Made by a program: the position numbers and the translations under genes
Shown: one piece after another, positions 1 to 10,792 of the stretch
How the letters are laid out: each line of letters starts with the position of its first letter
Position numbering within the stretch: the first letter of the stretch is position 1
Assembly: GCF_001194135.2 (NCBI RefSeq)
Contig: NC_068990.1
Span: 54,452,588 to 54,505,833 of the forward strand
DNA from: Octopus bimaculoides
Taxonomy: Eukaryota
DNA length: 53,246 nt
Direction: 5' to 3'
The notes under the pieces: model-generated
What the model was told of the DNA's origin: nothing
What the model saw: only the letters and a program-made list of their open reading frames with translations
Databases searched by the model: none

Positions 1-32
<32 letters not shown>

Positions 33-48
33 TAAATAAATATATATA

Positions 49-545
49 TATAGTCAATCCAAACATGGACAAGCAAGAAAAACATGAAAAAACAACAACG
101 CAAGTATGTGGAATAAGTACAATGTTATTGGACGCTCAGGAAAGGGAAGAAAAGAAAGAGGATTTCACGTTTCGAGCAGAGTTCTTAATCAGAAATATAG
201 AAAAAGTCCAAAGAAGGGAAGACGGAGAAAGAAAATTGCCAATGATGCAATATATATATATATATTTGAAAAAAAGAAGAGAAATGGCTTTTTGGGAGGG
301 GATCTTTTTTTGTGCATATACTTGCATACATTTTTCAGTTTGAAAATGGCTACTTGAAGCTCAAAACTCATATGAGAGAAACTCACTGCAAGCATTATTA
401 TTATCCCCCTACAAAAAGCCATCTCCACTCATTTTTTCAAACATATATAATACTGTACAAAGAACTATCTTTTTATTATTCTACTATATATGAGTTCGGC
501 TGCTCTACATTGATAAAGGACAATACCCCGAAACTAGTCTGTAGA
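49..545. mobile_element. Decayed Penelope-like element terminal (pLTR-like) fragments
   Basis: Two hammerhead-like motifs (163-195 minus, 504-545 plus). Residual 'FENGYLKLKTHMRETH...YYYPPTKSH' resembles the PLE RT C-terminal part. Confidence 0.5.
504..545 (+). ncRNA. Minimal type I hammerhead ribozyme fold (U3-A8 variant)
   Basis: TCTACA-TTGATAA-AGG(ACAATAC)CCC-GAAACTAGTC-TGTAGA: 6-bp stem I, core, short stem II, palindromic stem III, GUC cleavage triplet. Confidence 0.7.
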
Positions 546-849
546 TGCCAGACCAGCAAGGGGAAGCGGCTGACCTCCCCTGTTCGAAGGTTATAATAGA
601 CACAGGTTCGTGTGTCACATAGCTAGCTAGAGGCGATGGCCTCTTGGAGCTAATCAACGGCAGTATTCGTCCTATTTTTTGGACTGCCATGTTGGCTTGG
701 CGATAATTATTNNNNNNNNNNNNNNNNNNNNNNNNNNNNNNNNNNNNNNNNNNNNNNNNNNNNNNNNNNNNNNNNNNNNNNNNNNNNNNNNNNNNNNNNN
801 NNNNNNNNNNNNNNNNNNNNNNNNNNNNNNNNNNNNNNNNNNNNNNNNN

Positions 850-965
850 CTCTCCAGCTTCCATCCTGCTCTTGAATTTACTTTTACCATCTCTGACACC
901 TCTGTTAACTTCCTCGACATCTCTCTTTCTATCAACCTCCCCTCCAACTCTCTCACTACCTCCAC
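850..965 (+). mobile_element. Penelope-like RT fragment (LSSFHPALEFTFTISDTSVNFLDISLSIN)
   Basis: Typical PLE RT motif 'N.FHP.L.FT......FLD'. Bounded by a gap and a CA-rich tract. Confidence 0.75.
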
Positions 966-984
966 CTTATTCACAATTTATTTC

Positions 985-3355
985 ATCTCTTCCTACACGT
1001 ACACATACCCACACACACGAAAAATACATGCACCCGTACACACACATGTATGCACACATACCCCCACACACCACACACACACACAAGACACATGCATGCA
1101 CTTACACACTCAGATTCGTTCACACTTATACAAACGCACATACACACGCACACTTGTGCATACACACACACACGCAAACAAACATGCATACATACACTTA
1201 CACACACACCCATGCGCACACACCCATGCACACCCACATCCATGCACACATAACCCATATATACCCCCATTCACACATCCCTCCCACACACCTGATAACA
1301 CGCATGACAAGCATACATGCACGCTCACACATACATATAGACGAACGCACACATATATACACACATACACATGCACAGTGATACACACACACCTACTCAC
1401 ACAGCCCTACACACACAGACACACACACACACACCTATATATACGCGCACACATAAACGCACACGCTTACACACAACTACATACACATACATACACAGCC
1501 ACATACATTTTCACACACACACACACACACACACACAGGAGTGCATACATGCAATAAAACACACACATACTTGACACACATCTTTACGCTTACACACACA
1601 TACGCACGCACACACACATATACACACGCACACACCCATATACACACGCACACGCACATATACACACGGACATACACACACGTACACACATACACACATG
1701 CACACACACACACTCACGCACGCACACACACCTCTCACATACACAACACACACTCACACAAACACGCATACAACTACACACACAAGGGCATAAATGTCAC
1801 ACGCACATGCACGCACGTACGTAAGCAAACGCATGCACACACACACACATACACAGGAACGCACATATACACAACATACACACACACACACGCACGAAAA
1901 CATACACAATACACACATACATACACATACGCGCACACACAAAAATATACACACACACGCATAGACACACATATACACACATGCGCACACACACACGCAT
2001 AGACACACATATACACGCATGCGCACACACACACGCATAGACACACATATACACACATGCGCACACACACACGCTCACGTACCTAACACTCACAATCCCA
2101 CGCACAAACTTATACGCACATCCACATACATACACACACACACACGCACACATCCACATACACATACACACGCACGCACACACACACACACATATACATA
2201 CGCACGTACACACATACACACACGCATACACATATACACACGCATACACACACATACTCGCACACGCACGCACACACACCTCGCACTAACACAACACACT
2301 CACACAGACACACACACACATGGGCATAAACAACACGCACATGCACCAACGTACAGCAGCAAACGCACGCACACACACACGTACACAGGAAAGCATATAT
2401 ACACAACATACGCACACATACAAACACACACGCACGCACAAAAACATACACAATATACACATACACATACACACACATACACACACACGCGCACACATAC
2501 ACACACACACACATACACACACACATACACACACACGCACGCACAAAAAATACACACACACACACGCACACACACATACAGACACACATACAGATACACG
2601 CAGACACACATTCATACACACACGCACGCACACATACCCACACTTACAATCCCACACACGTACGTGCACGCACATCCACATACACACACACACAAGCACC
2701 CCCACCNNNNNNNNNNAAAACGCACATATACCTCCACACACAACCCCCCTGTCTACACACACACGAACACACATCACACGCACACACATACACATGCACA
2801 CACACAAAACACATACACTCACATGTAGAAACGAACTCACACACACATGCAAATAAACCCACACATAACTCCTACACACACACACAACACACACACACGC
2901 ACACACACACACAGGTATACATACATGGACACACACACGCAAATGAACCCACACATAACTCATATATACACACAAAAAACATTAACACATACACGCACAC
3001 ACACTACGCACATACACACACGCACACACTCACACAAAATAACCCATGTGCGTTCCACAGAGCAAACTGCATGCATATACACGCACACGTATGCACACAT
3101 ATATATATACATACACACACGCACACACAAATACAGGCACACACTGCAAGAAAATCACACCCACACAGCATACACATACACGCGCACACACATACTCAAA
3201 AACTGCCTGCCCACTTTCTACTGACCATTATCCACAACCATTCCCAAATTATTCCTGCTACTAATTCCTTCCACAACGTTAAACAACACACACACACACT
3301 AACAGATAAACAGCCAAACCACACACACACACACATACGTACATACACGTTCTGT
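985..3355. repeat. About 2.4-kb degenerate (CA)n/(CATA)n/(CACG)n low-complexity tract
   Basis: Direct reading. It produces the spurious HT/CV-rich ORFs. Confidence 0.97.
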
Positions 3356-3725
3356 TANNNNNNNNNNNNNNNNNNNNNNNNNNNNNNNNNNNNNNNNNNN
3401 NNNNNNNNNNNNNNNNNNNNNNNNNNNNNNNNNNNNNNNNNNNNNNNNNNNNNNNNNNNNNNNNNNNNNNNNNNNNNNNNNNNNNNNNNNNNNNNNNNNN
3501 NNNNNNNNNNNNNNNNNNNNNNNNNNNNNNNNNNNNNNNNNNNNNNNNNNNNNNNNNNNNNNNNNNNNNNNNNNNNNNNNNNNNNNNNNNNNNNNNNNNN
3601 NNNNNNNNNNNNNNNNNNNNNNNNNNNNNNNNNNNNNNNNNNNNNNNNNNNNNNNGTAACACAATCTCTATCATGTCCTCACGTTGTTGTTTTTTGTTGT
3701 TTTTTTGTGTTTTTCCTTTTTTGAA

Positions 3726-3783
3726 CTTATATATATATATGTATGTATATGTATATATATATATATATATCTATATCTATCTA

Positions 3784-3823
<40 letters not shown>

Positions 3824-3906
3824 AATCTATCTATCTATGCATATATATGTATGCATATGTATATGTATATATCTATATATATCATCATCATCATCATCAT
3901 CATCAT
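3726..3906. repeat. Compound microsatellite (TA)n-(TCTA)n-(CAT)n; the (CAT)n is the tail of the adjacent LINE
   Basis: Direct reading. Confidence 0.95.
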
Positions 3907-6454
3907 TTAACGTCAGCTTTCCATGCTAGCATGGGTTAGATGATTTGACTGGGGAGTGGCGAACCAGATGGCTACACCAGACTCCAATCTGATTTGGCAG
4001 AGTTTCTACAGCTGGATGCCCTTCCTAACGCCAACTACTCTGAGAGTGTAGTAGGTGCATTTTACGTGTCACAGGCACAAGGGCTAGTCTGGCGGTACTG
4101 GCAACAGCCATGCTCAAACGATGTTTTTTATGTGCCACCGGCACAGGAGTCAGTCCAATGTTTTGTTCACATGCCACCAACACAAGTGCCAGTAAGGTGA
4201 AGCTGGAAGTGATCGCGCTCAGATGGTGCTTTTTACGTGCCACTGGCACGGGAGCGAGACCGCTGCTCTGGCAGTGATCCCACTTGGATGGTGCTGTTAG
4301 CGCTCAACTGGCACGGGTGCCAGTGAACAAATTTGGTTCAGTTTCAATCTAACTTGCTCCAACAGGTATTCGCAAGCTGAGTTTAGTGTTCAATGAAGGA
4401 AGGTTGGCATGGGTGCCAGCCGTCGAATTTGGTTCGATTTCGATTTCAATTTCATTTGCCTCAACAGGTCTTCGCAAGCAGGGTTTGTGTCCAAAGAAGG
4501 AAAGATACGCATAAGTGGGCTGGCTACATCCCTAGTAAGGCCACGGGTTACGGTCTCACTTGTCTTGCCAGGTCTTCTCACGCACAGCATATTTCCAAAG
4601 GTCTTGGTCACTAGCCATTGCCTCGGTGAGGCCTAATGTTCGAAGGTCGTGCTTCACCACTTCATCCTACATCTTCCTGGGTCTACCTCTTCCACAGGTA
4701 CCCTCAACTGCTAGGCTGTGGCACTTTTTCACACAGCTATCTTCATCCATTCTCACCAAATGACCATACCAGCGCAATCATCTCTCTTGCACACCACAAC
4801 TGATGTTTCTTAGGTTCAACTTTTCTCTCAATGTACTTACACTCTGTCGAGTATGCACACTGACATTACACATCCATCAGAGCATACTAACTTCATTCCT
4901 TGCGAGCCTACGCATGTCCTCAGCAGTCACGGCCCATGTTTCACTGCCATGAAGCATGGCTGTTCGCACACATGCGTCATACAGTCTGCCTTTTACTCTG
5001 AGTGAAAGGCCCCTTGTCACCAGCAGAGGTAAGAGCTCTCTGAACTTTGCCCAGGCTATTCTTATTCTAGCAGCTACACTTTCAGCGCACCCTCCCCTGC
5101 TACTTACTCGGTCACCTAGGTAACAGAAGCTACCAACTACTTCTAGTTTTTCTCCCTGGAATGTGGCAGAAGTTGCTCTCTGCACATTTTCAGTGTTTAT
5201 TGCTCCTGTGCATCTGCCACATACAAAAACTATCTTGCTAGTTAGTCTTCTTTGATATTGCTGCACCTCTTATGTGTCCATAGCTTACACTGGGTACATC
5301 TTACAGAGTTTCTACTCACGCCTTTTCTACAGATTGAGCAGGGCCATCTACCTGAAAGAGTTTGTGTTTTGTCTACCTTTCTACTTATTAGGACTTTGGT
5401 TTTAGCTATGTTGACTCTAAGGCCCTTCGATTCTAATCCCTGTTTCCACACCTGAAACCTCTCCTCTAGTTCTGATAGTGACTCAGCAATTAGAGCAAGG
5501 TCATCAGCATAGAGGGGTTCCCTGGGGCAACCTGTCTTGAATTTGTGTGTTATTGCCTGGAGGACTATGATAAATAGGAGGAGGCTGAGGACTGAGCCTT
5601 GGTGGACTCCTACCTTTACTCAGAATTCTTCACTGTACTCGTTGCCAACCCTCACCTTACTGACAGTGTCCCTGTACATGGCTCACTTCAATAGGTATTC
5701 ACAAGCAAAGTTCATTGTCCAATGAATGAGGGGTACTCGTAAGTGGCCCGGTTGCACCCTGCGTTCGGATGTGCTTTTAACGTTCTACTGGCATGAGTAC
5801 CATTCAGGCGGTCCATAGCTTACACTGGGTACATATTATGGAGTTTCTACCTATGCCTTTTCTACATATCAAACAGGGCTAACTAACTGAAGGGATTTGT
5901 GGTTTGTCTGCCTTCCTATTTATTAAGACTTTGGTTTTAGCTAGGTCGACTCTAAGGCCTTTTGATTCTAATCCTTGCTTCCACACCTTTCCTCTAGTTC
6001 TGATAGTGACTCAGCAATTAGAGCAAGGTCATCAGCATAGAGGAGCTCCCAGGAGCATCCTGTTTTGAATTCCCTTGTTATTGCCTGGAGAACCATGATG
6101 AATAAGAGGGGGGCTGAGGACAGATCCTTGGTGGACCCCTACCTCTACTTGGAATTCTTCACTGTACTCATTGCCAACCCTCACCTTACTGACAGCATCC
6201 CTGTACATAGCTTGCACAGCTCTCACTAACCATTCATCTATCCCTAGTTTCCTCATTGACCACCAGATAAGGGATCGAGGGACCCTGTCAAAGACTTTCT
6301 CCATGTCAACGAAAGCCAGATACAGAGGTTTATCTTTGGCTAGGTATTTCTCCTGCAGCTGTCTTACCAGAAATATAGCATCAGTGGTGCTTTTCCCTGG
6401 CACGAAACCAAACTGTATCTCATCTAGACTGACTCTCTCCCTAATTAGTTGGGC
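3881..6454 (-). mobile_element. RTE-like LINE, decayed, with RT region, long 3' UTR and (GAT)n tail; RT segment partly duplicated
   Basis: ORF pieces 'FVDMEKVFDRVPR...GVHQGSVLSP', 'LYADDL' region, 'WKQGLESKGLRVNIAKTK', 'FCYLGD...RIRIAWAKFRELLPLL'. Confidence 0.92.
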
Positions 6455-7361
6455 NNNNNNNNNNNNNNNNNNNNNNNNNNNNNNNNNNNNNNNNNNNNNN
6501 NNNNNNNNNNNNNNNNNNNNNNNNNNNNNNNNNNNNNNNNNNNNNNNNNNNNNNNNNNNNNNNNNNNNNNNNNNNNNNNNNNNNNNNNNNNNNNNNNNNN
6601 NNNNNNNNNNNNNNNNNNNNNNNNNNNNNNNNNNNNNNNNNNNNNNNNNNNNNNNNNNNNNNNNNNNNNNNNNNNNNNNNNNNNNNNNNNNNNNNNNNNN
6701 NNNNNNNNNNNNNNNNNNNNNNNNNNNNNNNNNNNNNNNNNNNNNNNNNNNNNNNNNNNNNNNNNNNNNNNNNNNNNNNNNNNNNNNNNNNNNNNNNNNN
6801 NNNNNNNNNNNNNNNNNNNNNNNNNNNNNNNNNNNNNNNNNNNNNNNNNNNNNNNNNNNNNNNNNNNNNNNNNNNNNNNNNNNNNNNNNNNNNNNNNNNN
6901 NNNNNNNNNNNNNNNNNNNNNNNNNNNNNNNNNNNNNNNNNNNNNNNNNNNNNNNNNNNNNNNNNNNNNNNNNNNNNNNNNNNNNNNNNNNNNNNNNNNN
7001 NNNNNNNNNNNNNNNNNNNNNNNNNNNNNNNNNNNNNNNNNNNNNNNNNNNNNNNNNNNNNNNNNNNNNNNNNNNNNNNNNNNNNNNNNNNNNNNNNNNN
7101 NNNNNNNNNNNNNTATATATATATATATATATGTTTGATAAAATAACAGATTAAGATGGTTTTAGATTTTTAAACTTGTCCTCAACACTGTAACAAAAAA
7201 AAAGAGAATGATGATATGGATGCATAATTTTCTGTCTTCCCATTAATAAACAGGAAGAAGGGTTAAAAGTTTCATTAACTTCTATTTGAGTAGGGACATA
7301 GTTTGGAAACTATTGATTCCAAGATTAACTAAAATATTTGTATTTTCTCTTTTATGGTCAG

Positions 7362-7413
7362 ATGGAACAATATGGCGAAGGAGTTAAGGTTTTGCAAGAA
7401 CTTCTTGATGTTG
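7362..7413 (+). CDS. P4HA-like: P4HA-like gene 1, first visible exon (MEQYGEGVKVLQELLDV/D; TPR-like substrate-binding region); more 5' exons lie upstream or in gaps
   Basis: tggtcag acceptor and gtaagt donor. 52 nt, phase 0 to 1. Joins the 8727 exon as ...LLDV-D-PHNKRA, matching P4HA1 'KLLELDPEHQRA'. Confidence 0.8.
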
Positions 7414-8023
7414 GTAAGTTGGTAAATGATTTAGTTTTTGTTTCCTTTTCCTGTCTTTGGCAGCATGGATGACTGATATCTTTTGTGGATTTATAAGATT
7501 AAATGATATCTTATGACTGGTTAATATTTTCAGGTATGGCTATTTGGTAAAGAAGTTCACTTTAAAACCAAATGGTTCTGAGTTCATTTCCTCTATGCAA
7601 CACTTTGCACAAAAGTCTTCTCCCATATCTTGTGAATGGAAGGGACATAAACATTTATGAGAAAGCAGAATCCAGTGTTTTGTGAACAATATGAAGCTAT
7701 TAGGCATACATAACCAGTGACACTTTTTGCCCACAAATTATAACATAATAAATAATCCAGTTAATAAACAAACAAAAAAACAAATCAAAAAGGATTGATT
7801 TTTTAATGTCTTTTATTTGAACTTTGCACAGAACTGTTGTTCAGAAACTATTTAAAGAGTATTTCAGCCCAAGAAACGACCTCAGATGCACTGTCATTTG
7901 ATTTTTAAATTATTAATTAGTTCCTTTCTTTTTTAGTTAATCTAATAATTATTTTTTCAATCTTAGGTGGAGGAATGATGAGTTAAACTAGAAAAGAACC
8001 CAGACACAGGTTCCAAGCTTTGT

Positions 8024-8215
8024 TTGGTGCACAAATGGCTGTCTGGTCAAGAAGTGTATTTTGCATTTCATATATGATATGGTTCCAATTTCATGGTGCA
8101 GGACTTTGGCCAAGTGTTTCTAACATTAGTCTTGGATTAACTTAGGCTTTGTGACTGAAATTTGATAGATGAAAACTGTACAGAAACCTGTTGTGTGTAT
8201 GCATGAATGTACATT
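8024..8215 (+). mobile_element. Degenerate CORE-type tRNA-derived SINE (same family as 52192)
   Basis: 'tggctgtctggtcaagaag...actttggccaagtgtttct...gctttgtgactgaaatttgatagatgaaaactg' parallels the 52192 copy. Confidence 0.55.
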
Positions 8216-8726
8216 TGTTTCAGTGAGGAAATTATTGACAAACCAGTGCATGAAAAAAAACATACCTTGTGATATTCATTCCAGACACTTCCTTATCATT
8301 TTCACAATAGAAAAGACAATGAATCAATGATTGGTCCATTGGAAACCTATTTCCAACGATGTTGTTCATGAAATGGATCTTATAAAATATAAAATAAATA
8401 ACCAAATATGAGTTTCCGTAATATTACACATAGACTGCTACCTTATACACAGACAGTCATTGTAACTTTACAATTTTTGTCTTTAAATATAGACATTATT
8501 AACATGTAACCTTTAAATGTGGGCCCCAAGCTCAAAGACTACCTCCCCACCATCACCACCACCACACATTCACACCTGGGCCCTACAGACTATAGATTAG
8601 ATTTCTCGCTGATTCTTGTCATTCTACCAATAAAAGTTGATTTCCAAAAATGAGATTCTTTAGAGATATTTCCTTCCAAAAAATTGCCCTTTACCATATC
8701 TAAAATACATGCTATTTTTGTTGTAG

Positions 8727-8878
8727 ATCCCCATAATAAACGTGCAAAAGAAAATAAGAAGTTTTTTGAGAAGAAACTGAAATCCCCAAAAAAGGCCCCA
8801 GGCAAAATGGAACCTAAACTGCCAGAAGATTTTCAAGAGGCAAACTATGAGAAATTATGTCTGAAACAAGTTGTTCAG
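8727..8878 (+). CDS. P4HA-like: P4HA-like gene 1 exon (DPHNKRAKENKKFFEKK...NYEKLCLKQVVQ)
   Basis: ttgtag acceptor and gtaaat donor. 152 nt, phase 1 to 0. Aligns with P4HA 'DPEHQRANGNLKYFE...YEMLC'. Confidence 0.88.
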
Positions 8879-8949
8879 GTAAATTAGTTTGTCTTTTTTT
8901 ACCGTTAAATGATGCAGCCATGTTTGCTTTTCAGAAAGGTATGAACATC

Positions 8950-9680
8950 ACAATCTCACGTTTCCAGTTTCTCTTAAGTTTGCATTATTAAGGATGTGTG
9001 GGGTGACGGTAAGTATGGATATGGTGGGTTTAATTTGGGATTGATAGTTTTAAAAGGTGGGAGCCTTTATAACGATGATAGAATGATTGAGACTGATTGG
9101 GATTGATGGCATTATTGCTGATGGTATTGAAGACATCATCAAGTTATATTTTGAGGTCCTTCAAGTCTGAGGAGGGAAGGTGTTGTCAAAAGTCCACAGA
9201 AGCTATCTTGAATTAGAAATTTTGTGAATTAAATGAGATTGAGGAGTTAGACTTTTGTGTACTGCAAGAACACATGGTAGAGAAGAAAGTTCTATATGGC
9301 AGCAGAGTTTCTAAGAAAAGCTTGAGTGTTTGGAAGCAGATGTAAAAGTTTATAATAGTAGTTGAAGACAAGTTAGTGAAAAGATACAGCATGTTGCTAT
9401 TGCAGGACTAAGGAAATATTGATAAGTGATAGTGACAATCACTAGCTTATAGGAATAAGATTTAATGGGTGTATTTGAAAGATACTACCTTCTGGTGATG
9501 AAGTTGATGGTTGCAATGTTTGGAGGATATGAGAGTAATTTGATGTGGGTGGCAACATTTCTGACCTTAGTTGTTGTTGTAATCACAGGTCACCTTCATT
9601 GAACAAGATTTGTAATCAAAAAGTATTGCCATTATGACCACTCCACTTGCTTTCCTCTTGTAAATGTATCCTTCATTTAT
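8950..9680 (-). mobile_element. Highly decayed Penelope-like RT remnant
   Basis: Minus strand shows residual 'DDVF' and 'KPT.SH.YL...HP'-like segments with many stops. Confidence 0.45.
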
Positions 9681-10792
9681 TTAAGGTGTTAGGATGTGAT
9701 TTGAATAAGATTTGGTTGTTATTTCTAACAGTTCAAATGACTACAGAGCAGCTGTCACTCACTATCCCATTCTGATTGTAGGTATTAATAATGAGTAGTC
9801 TTTCAGGTAACGACTATACTTATAACGCTAGCGTGTTTATTGCCCATTAATAAGGATAGTATATTTATTACAGATGATGCTTAATTTCTGCCTGTCATTA
9901 TCCATACTTCTCTATCTCTCCCTCCGATTATGACCCCTGTATAATGAGAGATTTCATTGATTCTGTTGTTATCTAATAGACTCTTCCATTTACCCTTCCA
10001 AAATGCCAACCATCACTCCCTCTCCCCCAGGTCACTCTTTTTTTACTGACATCCATCACTCTCTTACCATTGTCATCTCAACTATCTGTCACTCACACAC
10101 ACTTTTATCAGTGAACATTGCCTTTTTATACTTTTATCCACCACTCCCTCTCCCCCCTAGCACTCATTATTGATACCTACCATACTTTCTTATCTCTGAT
10201 CACACCCTCATATTACCAACTATTCCTATGACTAACCATCACACACTCTCTTTATTTGTCAGCATGTAGCTACCAAAAGTATTTCTCTCCATTTACCCTC
10301 TGCCATTACTGTCTCTCCAATCTCTCATTCCTCTTCCACACTCTCACCCTAGTTTCTTACTTCATACTAACACCTCTTCCTCCATTTTATCTGAGTTCAT
10401 CTTCTACAATCAGCCTCTCTTCTACTCATTCTATTTGTTGCATTACATGGAATGAATGGAGACAACATTGAGTTGAAAGGACCTTTTGTCTTACATAGTG
10501 TAGGGAAACCTCACTGATGCTGGTGCCATGATTAGTCACATCTAGTATACTTTATAAAATGGTTGGTTAAGAATAAGAAATAGTGAAGGGTTAACAGGAC
10601 TCTTTAATTTCATCTATATAGTATTTATTGACAGTGACTTCAAAGTTTCAGCCAGCTAAACCATAATTGAACTGTCCAATGATGGCTTAGCTGGCCCACT
10701 ATCAATATTATTCTTGCTAAAGAATAATAAATTTGTTCTCTAATAAAAGTATAGAGTAATTCTTCAGTTTAATGTAAAATTGCCTTTATTTT

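Noticed and set aside
589-625. 'KVIIDTGSCVT*' resembling a retroviral aspartic protease motif
   Set aside because: Very short, ends in a stop, and has no gag or RT context. It may be chance.
983-3360. Dozens of His/Thr- and Cys/Val-rich ORFs, with similar ones near 14700, 16300, 26400, 34450 and 46400
   Set aside because: These are translations of (CA)n/(TG)n/(TA)n microsatellites.
6449-7154. Long ORFs made of X here and at other gaps (10968-11798, 21560-22769, 47697-48560, 49357-50238)
   Set aside because: They are artefacts of reading through N-gaps.
7534-7546. Possible 13-nt micro-exon (cag/GTATGGCTATTTG/gtaaag)
   Set aside because: It would frameshift gene 1, and 7413 joins 8727 in frame with good homology without it.
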